Part shown: positions 29,211 to 43,230 of the stretch, piece by piece | Position numbering within the stretch: the first letter of the stretch is position 1 | How the letters are laid out: each line of letters begins with the position of its first letter | Origin: Chiloscyllium plagiosum | Lineage: Eukaryota | NCBI RefSeq assembly: GCF_004010195.1 | Contig: NC_057719.1 | Location: forward strand, 30,251,853 to 30,315,852 | DNA length: 64,000 nt | Direction: 5' to 3' | The notes under the pieces: model-generated | What the model was told of the DNA's origin: nothing | Databases searched by the model: none | Seen by the model: the letters and a program-made list of their open reading frames with translations, nothing else | Position numbers and translations under genes: made by a program

Positions 29211-32200
29211 GGGACTCGGCAAGATGGCGGTGGTTCAGTAGAACTGACATGGACGCTCTGCCTAACAGCCAAGGCATATTGGTATTTTTTACCATCCCTG
29301 GCCAACTTATATGGAGGAATTGTTAATTTAGAAACTTGAAGAACACATATTTGTTGACAATTTGGAGTGGGAAGGATGCCAAAAGGAAAAGGAGCGAGCA
29401 AACAGCAGCAAGGAGGACACACCCCTGCAGCATTGGGCATGCTAGAGGCCACAGCAGAAGCATTAACGGGTGCTCCAGGGCCTTGGGGAGTGGATGGAGG
29501 AGGTGGAGGGTCGAACCAAGGCCTCGGAAATGCTGATCGTCTGGTTGGATCCAGGTACTGGAGCAGGTAGTGCGGGCCTTGCAAGGTTAGGTTGACAATC
29601 TTGAAAATCGAGGTCAGAGGACGAATCTTCAGATTGTCAGGCTTCTGGAGGGTAAAGGGCAGCCAGTCAGCTTCTTTGAAAACTGGCAGCTGCAGTTCCT
29701 GGGCCTTCAAATTGAATCTGGATGGCTGCACATTGAAGGGGCCTATCGGGTGGCGGTGCGCAGGACTGGACCTGTACAGCACCCCAGTCCGGTCCTATTG
29801 CACTTCCTCACATATAGGAACCAGCAAAGAGTGATAGAAGCCTCCAGATCACTGGGGAAACATCCACAGGCACTGCTGCATAAGGGGTCAAAAATCAGGT
29901 TTTCCCAGGATTTCTCAGCTGCTGTACTTCGAAAGAAGAATCCTTTGAAGTTAAAAAGAGGCTCAGGAATCTGGGCATCCAGTACTCCATGAGGTACCCC
30001 GCAGTGCTCCGCTTCAGCCACGAGGACTCGGTTTATATGTTTGACTCGGCAGATAAAGCCAAAGCCTTTGTAAACACTTTAAAATAGATCAATTGGTCTG
30101 AAGAATACAGTTAATGTTTGTCCTCTTTTCCTTCTTTCCCTGTGTCTTTCCTTTTCCCTTTTTTCTCTTTCTTTAATAATTATTTTAAAAAAAAACAAAA
30201 ATCTTGGAATATGCTGTTTCTATCATATTTTTATAACTGGATTTTATCATAGGAAATTTTGCGGGTGCCCTTTGTTGTTTTCCCCTTTTTTCATCTTTTT
30301 CTCTTTTAGTCACAAATAGGGGTGACATGGAACCAGGTGGAGTGCTTATCCTGACTGTCTTCTTTTGTTGCCTTGAGGATCATCTCCTTGTTTATTGACT
30401 TCTTTTTGCCTAAGGATGGGGCACAGTCCGGGCCTGAAGAGCTATGCAGGAGGGAATGGGTAGGGCGAGTGCCCCCTATGAGCAGGGGGGAGAGTCTCTC
30501 TTTCAAGGTTTTATGTTAGTTTTCTTTGTATCTTTTTGGTTGCAATAGTTGTTTGTAGTTATGATAGAGTAGTTTTTGTATACACAATTCTGCGACTCTA
30601 TGAGTCGACATTTACTTGCGCTCAGCACTTTGCAAGCAGGTTGCTCTCCCGGGGGTTCAAGGGTCTCTGAAAGGGGATATGGCTGTGTCTTGTTAAATGG
30701 TGCACCTAGAACATCAAGGGAAGTCATTCACCTGTTAAAAGGAAAAAAGTGCTTTCTAGCCTTAAGAGAGAAAGGGTTGATATCACCCTGTTGCAGGAAT
30801 CCCACCTTGATGATGGGGAACACCTGAGGTTACAACAGGGGGGTTATGACCAGGTATTCTTTTCATCCTTAACTACTAAAAGTAGCGAAGTGGCTGTATT
30901 TATCCAGAAAAATCTTCCGTTCACGTTATTAGAGCAGGTGAAAGATGAGCAGGGGTGGTTTGTGATAGTTAAGGCCCTGATACATGGGGAGGAATATGGC
31001 ATTTTAAATGTCTACTGCCCTCCGGCACATCCCCTCAAATTTTTAATTATTGCCTTTTCTAAGTTGAGTGCTTTTGGAACACGGCACATTATTATAGGGG
31101 GGGATTTTAATTGCCTTTTGGATCTGACAGTGGACAGGATGCCTAGTAGGCCACCAACTATTTCTTTGCAAGCCAAGCAGATGAGTGACTTATGTGAGGA
31201 GTTGGGGCTGGTGGATATTTGGAGATAGCTTCACCCTACCTGCTGGGATTTCACCTTCTTTTCAAACACACAAATGTCACATGCGGATTGACCTATTTTT
31301 GGCCCCCTTGACCCTTCTGGATTCGATTTATGGTTTGTAAAATTGGAAACATAGCTATCTCTGATCATGCGGCAGTATATTTGGAGGTTAAGGCCAAGAG
31401 TGAGGGGCTAGGTTTGTGGCACTGGCATCTGGATCCTTTTCTCCTTAAGGATTCCAAATTTGTGGGTTTCGGGGTTCTTGACTATCAACTCAGGCATGGC
31501 TAGTAGCCTGTCTATGCTGTGGGAGACTGCTAAGGCCTTTGCTAGGGGATTAGCTATTTCCTATTTGGCTAGCCAGAAATGTCAGTAGGAGGAACAACAG
31601 CATCTACTTGAGATGCGGCTGAAAGCTGCTGAGCTGGCACATTTTGTGAGGCCTTTGATAGCCAAGTTACAGCAGATCACAGCCCTTCAGGTTGCCTTGA
31701 ATTCAATACTTAGACAAACCGCAAAGAAAGAACTTGCTTTTGCTAGACAAAGGCTGTTCGAGTATGGGGATAGGCCAGGGAAGTATTTAGTGTATCTGTC
31801 TAGGTAAAGGCATGCTCCCCAATTCACTATTGGAGTTAATTATGCTTTTCGGAATTGGATTCCCTGAATTGTATTGGTCTGAAGGTGCGAGGATAGGAGA
31901 ACCAAGATGGAAGCCTTTTTTAAGGGCCTGGACCTCCCCAGGGCAACCCTGGAACAGGCCTCTCTCCTTAATGCCCCCTTGATATTCAGGAAATATAGGA
32001 GGCAGCTAGGCAACTTCAGAGTGGGAAAGCTCCTGGATGGTGGCCTCCTGGGTGAGTTTTATAAGGAGTTTATAGGGATTCTGTCTGGGCCAATGCTGGA
32101 AATGTACACTCACTCCAATATGCATGAATGCCTACCATTCCGTCATTCTCATACAGGCCCATCTCTCTGTTAAACTAAGACTTTAAGATTCTGTCTAAGC

Positions 32201-34711
32201 TTTTGGTGCTGAGATCGGAGAAAGTGTTGCCCTATATTGTCAAAGAGGACCAGACAGGGTCGTAGGTCTTCTAATAATATTAGAAGGTTCCTGAATATGA
32301 TCCAAGCATGTCAGCAATGATCAGTCCAAGGATTGGTGATTTTCTTAGGTGCAGAGAAAGCATTTAACTGAATGGAATGGCCATATCTCTTTTATGTCTT
32401 AGAGCGGTTTAGGTTGGGTGGGGTCTTTGCTAGGTGGGTGGAGGTTTTATATCACCACCCTCTGGCCGCTGTATTCATCAACTGGGTGATGTCTGGGAAC
32501 TTTAGGATTGGTAGGGGTAGTCATCAAGACTGCCCTCTCCCACCATTGTTGTTTACATTGGTGATCGAGCCGCTGGCAGAGGCCATTCGTCAGAATGTCC
32601 ACATAACCGCTCTGGAAGTGGGATCGATGGTACACAAGATTACACCATTTGCGGATGATGTCCTTCTGTTTTTATTGGAACCGATGACCTCCGTACCCCA
32701 TCTGATACAATGTATCAATTCATTTGGGGCTATTTCAGGATATAAGATCAACTTTGCAGAGTCAAAGGCTATGTCTTTGGGGGACCTCAAAGGTGTGCCA
32801 GAGGTTGAAGGTGGCCCTCGGTTCCCCTTTAAGTGGTCACGGTTGGGGTTCCAATACCTAGGTATCTTTATTACTCCCATGTTTTTTCAGTTATTTCGGA
32901 CTAATTTTGCTCACCTGCTCGACCATATTAGGCGGCATCTTCAGAGATGGGAGGCTCTTCCAATTTTGTGGCTGGGCTGAATAGCTCTTATAAAGATGAA
33001 TGTCCTTCCTCGTTTGCTTTATCCCATGCGTATGCTCCCTACAATGTTTCCCAGGTCAACGTTGCAGAGACTTATGGATTGGTTTAGTTACTTTGTCTGG
33101 CATTGTGGGCAGCCCCTCATCAAACTTACTAGATTGCAGTTGCCTCAAGGATGGGAAGGACTTGATTTCTCAGACATCAGGAGGTATCAATTGAGATGCA
33201 TGCTGTCCTTTGTGTGATTGAGCAGGTAACGACTCAGGCTCAATATGGCTGGATATCAAGGCCTCCCAGGCAAAGTGTCCTCTTATTAACCTGTTGTTCA
33301 TGGATAAGATGAGGACAGTTATGGACTACTGTTGGAACCACATTGTTATTAATATGGTCAAGACATGGAGGGTGATGCATCAGAGTGAGGGTTGCTTATC
33401 AAGACTTCGCCACTCACTCCCATAGTTGGTATGCCAGGGTTCCGACCAGGGATGATGAACTCAGGGTTTAAACTTTGGGCAGCGAGAGGAATTTCCGGTT
33501 TGGGAGACTTTTTTGAGGGGGAGGTTATGATGTCTTTTGAGCAACTGAGCCGCAAATGCAGGTTGCCCAGTAGAGATCTTTTCTGTTTTTTTCAGGTTAG
33601 GGATTTCATCCAGAAGACAACGTTTCTTACTAAGCCCTATAAGCCCAATACAGGGAGGTTGTTGCTACGTCACAGAAGCACCCTTTCGGTTAGTGCCCTC
33701 TATCCCCTTCCTGGGTGCCAGGGCCTAGCAGGATATTAACTGGTTATGTGAGGTTTGGGAGCAAGAGCTAGGAGTGGAGATCTTTTCTGAAACATGGGAG
33801 GACATATGGGAGAACGTGAGAAAGATCTCAATTTGTAATAGGATATGTGCTACACAGTTAGAAGTTCTGCACTGGGTTCATTTGGCACCAGGTCGTCTAG
33901 CTAAATTTGAAAAATGGGCATCTCCAGTGTGCCCCAAATGTAAAATAAGTGTAGGTACTCTTACCCATTGCTTCTGGAAATGCCACAGACTCCATGTTTA
34001 TTGGAGCGCTGTGGCGGGAGATGGAGAGGGTATTGAGGACCAAAGTTAAAGTAGACCTGATATCCCTCCTCCTAGTTCTACTGAATCTATCATCTTTAAA
34101 TGGGCATGGGAAGAAACGATTTAATATTCTTACTTACTGTGCATAGAAGAATATTCTGATGAATTGGGTGTCTGAGAACCTACCAGGCTTGATGGGATGG
34201 CAGAAATTAATTATGGAGCACATTCCCAATGATTTTTTTCTAAATATGGTGCACCACACAACAGACCTTTTTTATAAGACATGGCAGCCCTTTTTGAGTT
34301 ATTTGGACACAGATCTGTCTGCTATCTTAATTAGGGCATTTGTTTAACCAGGATGGTTAGGTTTTGAGAGCCCTGGGCCATGGAGGGTGTCTCCTGAGTT
34401 AATATGGGTATATATACAACACTCCCATTTTTTTTTTTGTTTGGGAACTTTGCACCGAGCATTGTTATTTTGTGTTCTTGTGTGTTCTTTTGTTGTTGTT
34501 TTTTTGTTTTATTAGTCATTTACTTATTTATTGGTGTTGTTTTGCACAGTGTTTGGTTTTGTTTTATAGGGTAGGTTAGTAGTTAGTAGACAGCAGTTGT
34601 ATTGTAATTTGCATTTTTTATTATACTTGCATTTGTTATATTTTCAATAAATTTATATTTTCATAAAGTCAAAAAAAAGCTTTTTTTGCTAAGAAACATT
34701 TACAAAAAAAA
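29211..34711 (+). mobile_element. Full-length but decayed L1-clade LINE (5'UTR, ORF1 about 29376-30087, spacer, ORF2 about 30679-34347, 3'UTR, A tail)
   Basis: CAAGATGGCG at 29220; ORF1 LENR..R.NL.I and IRFSQDFSAAV; EN LLQESHL and IIGGDFN; RT FADDVLLF; CPKC...HCFWKC knuckle; AATAAA at 34646; many stops and frameshifts. Confidence 0.9.
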
Positions 34712-35110
34712 TCGTCTAAATGTGTATTCTTCCTACCAAAGTGCACAACCTCCCACTTTTCCACAATGTATATGCCACTTCTTTGCCCACTCTGTTAGTT
34801 TATCCAAGTCCTTCTGCAGCCTCCCTGCATTTTCAACATCACCTGTCCATCATCTTTCTTTGTGTCATCTACAAACCTAGCAACAATGCCCTCCGTTCCT
34901 TTATCCAGATCATTATTGTATGACATGTATAGCTATGGTCCCAACATTGACTCCTGTGGAATCCACTACTCACAGGCTACCACGCTGCAAAAGATCCCTT
35001 TATTCCCACTCTCTCCCTTCTACCAGTCAGGCAATCCTCTTTCCATACCAGTACCTTGCCCCTAACACTATGGGCTCGCTCTTATTTAGCAGCCTCCTGT
35101 GTGTCATCTT

Positions 35111-37482
35111 AGAACAAAGAACAAAGAAAATTTACAACCCAGGAACAGGGCCTTCGGCCCTCCAAGCCTGAGCCGATCCAAATGTACTGTCTAAAGCTGT
35201 CGGTCAATTCCTAAGCATTTGTATCCCTCTGCTCCCACCTTCTTATGCATCTGTCCAGATGCATCTTAAATGAATCTACCTCTACCACCTCTGCTGGCAA
35301 CGTGTTCCAGACGCCCACCACCCTCTGTGTGAAGTACTTGCCGCGTGTATCCCCCTTAAACTTTCCACCTCTCACTTTGAAACCGTGATCTCTCGTTATT
35401 GAATGCTTAACCCTGGGAAAAAGCTTGTCTCTGTCCACCCTGTCTATATCCTTCATGATTTTGTAAACCTCAATCAGGTCCCCCCTCAATCTCCTTTTTT
35501 CTAGTGAAAATAAACCTAACCTACTCAACCTCTCTTCATAGCTAGCACCTTCCATACCAGGCAACATCCTCGTAAACCTTCTCTGCACCCTCTCCAAAGC
35601 GTCCACATCATTTTGGTAATGTGGCAACCAGAACTGTACACACTATTCTAAATGCAGCCAAACCAATGGCATGTACAATTTTAACATAACTTGCCAGCTC
35701 TTGTACTCAATACCCCGTCCAATGAAGGCAAGCATACTATATGCCTTCTTGACACTCTATCCACCTGTGCAGCAACCTTCAGAGTACAATGGACCTGCAC
35801 TCCCAGATCTCTCTGCCCATCAACTTTTCCCAAGGTTCTTCCATTCATTGTATAATTTGCTGTAGAATTAGTCTTGCCTAAATGCATCTCCTCACATTTG
35901 TCAGGATTGAAAGCTATCTGCCACTTTTCCGCCCAACTCTCCAGTCTATCTATATCCTCCTGTATTCTCTGACAGTCCCTTTTGCTTTCTGCTACTCCAC
36001 CAATCTTCGTGTCATCTGCAAACTTGCTGATCATACCAACAGTGCCCTCTTCTAGATCACTTATGTAAATTACAAACAACAGTGGCCCCAATACTGACCC
36101 CTGTAGAACACCACTGGTCACCTTTCTCCATTTTGAGAAACTCCCTCTCTGTCTCCTGTTTCTCAACCAGTTCTTTATCCACCTAGCTAGAACACCCTGC
36201 ACACCATGTGACTTCACTTTCTCCATTAGTCTACAATGGGGAACCTTATCGAACGCCTTACTGAAGTCCATGTATATGACATCAACAGCTCTTCCTTCAT
36301 CTAACAACTTGGTCACTTCCTCAAAGAACTTTTTAAGTTGGTAAGGCACAATCTCCCCTGCACAAAACCATGTTGCCTATCACTGATAAGCTCATTCTTT
36401 TCTAAATATAAATAGATCCTATCTCTCAGTACCCTCTCCAGCAACTTTCCCACCACTGTCATCAGGCTCACTGGTCTGTAGTTACCCAGAATATCCCTAC
36501 TACCCTTCTTGTACAGGGGGACAACATGAGCAACCTTCCAGTCCTCCGGCACCTCACCTGTATTTAAGAATGCCACAAAGATATCTGTCAGGGCCNNNNN
36601 NNNNNNNNNNNNNNNNNNNNNNNNNNNNNNNNNNNNNNNNNNNNNNNNNNNNNNNNNNNNNNNNNNNNNNNNNNNNNNNNNNNNNNNNNNNNNNNNNNNN
36701 NNNNNNNNNNNNNNNNNNNNNNNNNNNNNNNNNNNNNNNNNNNNNNNNNNNNNNNNNNNNNNNNNNNNNNNNNNNNNNNNNNNNNNNNNNNNNNNNNNNN
36801 NNNNNNNNNNNNNNNNNNNNNNNNNNNNNNNNNNNNNNNNNNNNNNNNNNNNNNNNNNNNNNNNNNNNNNNNNNNNNNNNNNNNNNNNNNNNNNNNNNNN
36901 NNNNNNNNNNCCTCAGCAACCTGGGATAGATCCCATCCGGTCCTGGGGATTTGTCCACCTTAATTATCTCTAGCCTACCCAATACATGTTCCCTATTTAT
37001 GTCAACGTGATCCAGACTAATCAAACTTCTATCTCTAATCTCAAGATTCATCATGTTCCCCTCCTCAGTGAACACTGATGCAAAGTAATCATTCAGAATC
37101 TCACCCATTCTCTCAGGTTTGGCACACAGCCTTCCTTTATTATCTTTTAGTGGACCAATCCTTTCTCGAGTTACTCACTTGCTTCTTATATAAGAATAAA
37201 ATGCTTTGGGATTTTCCTTAATTCTGCTTGCAAAAGCTATTTCATTACCTCTTTTCACCCGCTTGATTCCTTGTTTAAGACTTGTCCTACTCTTCCGATA
37301 TTCCTCCAGGGCCCATTCTGTTCTTAGCTGCCTAGACCTTATGTGTGCTTCCCTTTTCCTCTTGGTTAGTCGTACAATTTCTCCTGTCATCCACGGTTCA
37401 CGAATCTTGCCCTTCCTATCCTTTGCCTTCAATGGGACATGCCTATCTTTGAAAGCCTCCCACATCTCAAATGTGGACTTCC
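35111..37482 (-). mobile_element. Young 5'-truncated CR1 LINE containing the assembly gap
   Basis: ORFs 35211-35627, 35681-36349, 36313-36576, 37175-37465 with YMDFSKAFDKVPH and FADDTK; (AGAACAA)n tail. Confidence 0.93.
36596..36910. other. Assembly gap (315 N)
   Basis: Run of N. Confidence 1.
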
Positions 37483-38070
37483 CTTGTCAAAAGTCAAAAG
37501 GGGGACAGAAACAAACTTGCATAACTACTTTTAACAATTTAATATGGCCATTTTAAAAAAAAAGAGCTCTGGAGTCTGTTCCTAAGTTTGTATTGGAAAA
37601 GTAGAGAAATTGAGTTAAACTTGTACAGAATCTTCCTTAGAATATACTTGAAGTACTCAGATAGTTTTTGTCTCAGATTTTAATGTCTCCAGCTCTGTAA
37701 GAATGGAGGTGGGTCAAGGAAATTATAGTCTGAGTTTGGGAGCCTTTTTTAAAGTTAAGTTTGAAAGGCTTTACCCATGCCATCCATTCTCTTTCTTTTT
37801 CCATACCTTTTTCATTCCCTCCTCTATGTCCATTTGCCCACCTTAGACTATGCACAGAACTAATGATAATATCAATAGCAAACCCTGAAATGCTGAAGAA
37901 ATGAAACATCTATTCACATGCCAGGTTTAGAAAAAAAAAATACTATTTTTTAAAGCCAGTAAAAGTGTTGATCAAATAGAGCCTTTCATATTGGCAGTAA
38001 AGCAGCTTTCCTTCAGTTTACGTTCTCTTCACCATATTAATGCCTGTATGTTTATTTGGAGAATATTTGT

Positions 38071-38399
38071 GGGTGGCACGGTGGCACAGTGGTTAGCACT
38101 GCTGCCTCACAGCGCCTGAGACCCGGGTTCAATTCCCGCCTCAGGCGACTGACTGTGTGGAGTTTGCACATTCTCCCCGTGTCTGCGTGGGTTTCCTCCG
38201 GGTGCTCCAGTTTCCTCCCACAGTCCAAAGATGTGCAGGTCAGGTGAATTGGCCATGCTAAATTACACCGTAGTGTTAGGTAAGGGGTAAATGCAGGGGT
38301 ATGGGTGGGTTGCGCTTCAGCGGGTCAGTGTGGACTTGTTGGGCCGAAGGGCCTGTTTCCACACTGTAATGTAATCTACTAATCTACTAATCTAAAAAA
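38071..38399 (+). mobile_element. Young HE1-like tRNA SINE
   Basis: A-box TGGCACAGTGG, B-box GGTTCAATTCC, CR1-like 3' end and (TAATCTAC)n tail; CpGs intact. Confidence 0.92.
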
Positions 38400-39604
38400 C
38401 CAAACACAAAATGATTAACTCACTATTACCTCAAAGGTATCAGTCCATCAAAGCAAACACTAAACTGCCACCTATCAAAAATTGAACCCCTGCAGAGTTA
38501 ATCCATTTGGGCTTTGGAGCCCAACTAAGCATTCGTAATGACTCCATTTGGAGAAACAGATGTCTGACCAACTGTATCTATTGACTGTGTTCTCAATTCG
38601 AGCTACCCACCTTAGATACAAAAAATCTAGCTCCTAGCCTCCATCTTGTAGAAAGGACATAAAGGTACTAAAGAAAGTATTTTTTAAAAACTTTAATAGG
38701 ATGAGCAATTGTAACTATCAGGAAATATTGAACAAGTTGGGGCTGATCCAGAAAAGAAAACAGTGAGAAGTGATGTGATTGAGGTCATTTAGGTTTTGAA
38801 AGAGTTTTATAGGATAGGCATAAATGACATGTTTCCACTTGTAGGGGAGACTGTAATGAGGGGTAATAGATGGTGATTATTAATAAATTCATATGAAATG
38901 TTTTTATCTAGTGGTGGTTAGCATGTGCAATTTACTACCATGTGAAGGGGTTATAGTGACATGTATAAATACAGAAATCTCTGCACACAGGCATTAAGTA
39001 ACATCTCATAGCAAAGGCAGTAAACAATTAGAATATCTTCACTTTTCTGTTTAAAGTACAGATTAACTATTTCCTTAGCCAAACTATTTCAATGCAGTTT
39101 GACACTGCATCCAATAGACTTCTCAAAAGGATTTAGTTTTACAAAAAATCCAAATTGCTTTTGTGATGAAAGATGTGGTATTCTTTTTGTTCCTGGAATG
39201 TGGTGTTGCTGGCTGGGCTAGCATTCATTGCCAATCCGTACTTACCCTTGTAGTGAGTGACTTGCAGGCCATTTCAGAGAGAGGTTCAGTGTCAGCCACA
39301 TTGCAATGGGTCTGGAGTCACATGTAGCCAGACCATGTAAAATGGTAAATTTCCTTTTCTAAATGACATTAATAAAACAGATGGGTTATTACAACAACCA
39401 ACAGTGATTACATGGTTGCCCTTTGGTTAGCTTTTAATTTCAGTTTTTATTATTGAATTCGAATTTCACTAATTGCCTTGGCAGTATTAGAACTTCAGTC
39501 CTCAGAATGTTAGCCTGGATTCTGGATTAATAGTCCATATTACCATTATGCCATCTTTTTGTTTTAGAGTTTGGATTTCAAACTAGTGGATGTTCACTTA
39601 TCTT

Positions 39605-40370
39605 TGTGAAGGAGTTTAAAAATTAACTTGATCAGTCTTCCTGGAACAAGGATTTTAATCCAGTGTGTGTCAAGGAGAACAGGTGGCTGCAGATACACAT
39701 GGAATGTTAATTGAAGTTTGATTATATTATGGGAGTTTATGATAGCAGAGGGAGAACAGTAAGCCATCAATTTAGCAGAAGCAAGTTTTTTAAAAAAAAT
39801 TTAGTTCAAAGGAGACCTGACTAGAGTCAGAAGCAAGTATAGTCTGTCTAAGAAAGGGAGTTATTGAAATCAGTTAAGGATACAAGTTAATACAAGACAA
39901 AGGATGTATTTTGAGACTTCCAGACTAGCACTGATTAGTAAGAAATCTGGAGATTATTATAAGACTTAGAAATTCTAAGCATTCAGTTGGGTGCATGATC
40001 AAGAAAAGATGATTTTGCAGCTCATGGGACTGGAACTGAGAAGGAACAATTAAGTCAATCAGACAGATTTGTTAGGGAAGGAAAATTCCCTCTGATTTTG
40101 ATTAACTGTAAATTGAAGGTGTATAGGAGTAGATTAGATTTTGTTTTGCCGTGTATCTTGAAATTTTACAAACTGTGTAAAATGTAATATTTTTAAAAAA
40201 TTATTTTTATTTCTTTTGTGTAATAAATTTGTTATTGTTGAAACTAAATCTACAGCCTGGCATATTTATGTTTCAGTGAAAGACTGCCGTATTAAATTAA
40301 TTTTTTTTGAAAAGATTCATCTGTTTTTGGACCTGACTTCTCCTGTAGTAACTTCAGCTGGGATCATAAA
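39605..40370 (+). mobile_element. Possible old solo LTR
   Basis: Begins TGTGA, AATAAA near 40222, ends ctgggatcataa; impression only. Confidence 0.3.
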
Positions 40371-40542
40371 GCTTTATAGAATTTTAACATGATACTGAAA
40401 TAAAATCTCCAGAGCAGTGGCTGTTTTAAATATAAATGTAAACAGGCCAAAGGAAGAGGTGAGATCATTTATAACTATGATTGAATACTGTTGTGAATGT
40501 ATATTTACTCAACCATAACATGTTTCTAATAGTTGGTACTAA

Positions 40543-40764
<222 letters not shown>

Positions 40765-42730
40765 TAAGAAAGCAATGTCAGTTAACCTCATTATGAAACT
40801 TATTAATTCTCCATTATTCTATATTATTGCATATTTTAAACTATCTTGTAATTAGCTAAGCACTGTAACCATATCTACCTTGGAACTCACCTTACATTGA
40901 ATTAAATAATACCTTTATTGTTAGCTTCTTTAAAATGTTACTCACAAAACCATACTAGAATTTAATACAAATAATGTCATTGAGATAATGTAGAAGCAAG
41001 TATTTCAGAAGCATTTTAAGAGAATCCTTGTAGGACAGGTTTTCTTCTCACCTGCTTTTCTCTGCTTCTGATTGAAACACCTTGGCCAAAGTGTGTTCTG
41101 CTTTCCAATCTGAAATGTACTGCAACAAACCTTGGTCAGAAATGTGATCTGGGGACCTACCCTGTTTATTCTTGTGTTATTTCATTATTATTACTAAACT
41201 CCTATTTTCTAAATTAATTATAAAATTTCTGCTTGAAAAAGGTTTTATTTCTTCCTATTGTAATCTGCTTTTGTTGACAAAAGAAAAATGTGTCTTGTTT
41301 TGGTTTGTGAAAGATGTATAGAAATAGCTGGAAAGCATTACACTGTGAGATTTGAAATTTATTCATTAAAAAGAAATGATTTCTCTGCCATTTGAACTTC
41401 TGTTTATTTGAATGCTCCATTCACTCAGAACAATTAACTTTCTAGCATTATCTGGAATCAACGGATTAGTGAACTGCTCATGTTGGTGTTAGACCTCCAC
41501 AGTGGCTGCTTTGCTGATTTGAATGAATGAATGAATTAGCTTTATTGTCACATGTACTCAAATGAGTGCAGTGAAAAGTTTATAGGTAACACATTTGTAG
41601 ACGGAGGCAGAAAAGCTATTGCAAGGCCTAAAGAATGCCTCCCATCAAAACATGATCTATTTGCCTATACGTCAGTCACTTTAAGATTCTTATACAGAAG
41701 TAGGGAGATAAAAAATAGAGTTAGTTTATGTGAATGTGGAGAGGTTTGCCAAATGATGAACATCCCTAGAAAACCTTCCACTACCAGAGCCATGCAGCCC
41801 TGAAGATCTGAGAGTTTTGAACTCTTGAACTCAGACCCTCTAGGGAGAGCTAAGAGTGAAGATGTAGCATTACATCAAGGTGATGATTGGTGAATTCCAT
41901 CCTGCCTCGAATGGCATGTAGACGAACAATTTCAAGGCCTTCTCCAAATTCTTTGCCAGTAGCTATATGTTGTTTCACTTGTCTCACAAAGTTGATATGA
42001 GACCAGCAAAATTTTATCCACCCCACCTTTATTTTATGGGAAAGATCTTGGACAAACCAATTGCTGACGTAATTTAGCTAACTGTCGACAAATCTTGGTG
42101 TTGCTTCATGCAAAATTAATTCTACTTGTCCATTGATCAATTCCTGTCTCAACACTTAGAAGAGTTGCTCTGAAAGCCACATCCAAGTGGCAACATGACC
42201 TGAGTATTATAAATGTTGAACATACATTTGGCATTTCTAATCAATAATTCTGAGAAGGATTTTATTTGTGAAATACTGTAAGCTAATGACAGTTTCAAGA
42301 AAAATTATAAATTGAACATCAGAAGTAAGCTTTCTATTCATGAAATACACTGGACAGTACATTTTGAGTAGGGGAAAGAGAAGAATATACCAGTGCTTGC
42401 ACCTTTTGATAGAGAGTGCAAATCACAAGTAGGCCAAGCAGCAAAGTAATGTAAATGATTCTGGCTAACATTTATAAGAATGAGAAGATCAAAATTATTT
42501 CCATCTTAACCTGGAAAGTGCCAGCAGAATAATATAGTACACTTGTAAGACCTCTGCCTGTCATATTAGGGTTTATAATGTGATTTATCTTTGACCATGT
42601 GATATATTGTTTCATTAAATTTGCTATTATAGTGTTGGATGAGCCAGCACTGAATAAAGTAGAAATTCATTTCAGGTTCTGGCATAATGTATGGACAAAG
42701 GAGGTGTTTACTGACAGATAAAGTCATGTA

Positions 42731-42900
42731 GGCGAAAGTGAGGACTGCAGATGCTGGAGATTACTGTTGAAGGGCAAAAGCCCTTCATCAGGAAGGGATT
42801 CATCACTTCCTGATGAAGGACTTTTGCCCGAAGCATCGGTTTTCCTGCTCCTCAGATGCTGCCTGACCTGCTATGCTTTTCCGGTACTATACTCTCCACT
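42731..42900. mobile_element. Penelope-derived hairpin element with decayed hammerhead motif (CTGATGA at 42810)
   Basis: cttcatcaggaag / cttcctgatgaag inverted centre; 14-bp direct repeat GATAAAGT(C/A)ATGTA at 42717-42730 and 42901-42914. Confidence 0.85.
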
Positions 42901-43044
42901 GATAAAGTAATGTAACTGGAATAATTGTTTGTAAAATGTTGTATTAGTCTTTTTAAGAATGCTTTAAGTTATGATGCATATCAATTGCAAATAGATTTCA
43001 AACATGGTGTGTTATGAAAAAGCAACATTTAGCAATTATACTAA

Positions 43045-43230
<186 letters not shown>

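Larger units (their letters stand above)
28480..37495 (-). mobile_element. Host CR1 LINE in three pieces (28480-29210, 34712-35110, about 37483-37495)
   Basis: Tail at 28480; ORF 28912-29118 is CR1-like; CR1 sequence resumes on the far side of each insertion. Confidence 0.75.

Noticed and set aside
29168..29782. 204-aa antisense ORF at the L1 5' end (ORF0-like)
   Set aside because: GC-rich antisense frame of a decayed ORF1 that runs out into the host CR1; no conservation evidence.
38071..38145. tRNA gene
   Set aside because: A and B boxes continue into a SINE body and CR1-like tail, present in several copies.
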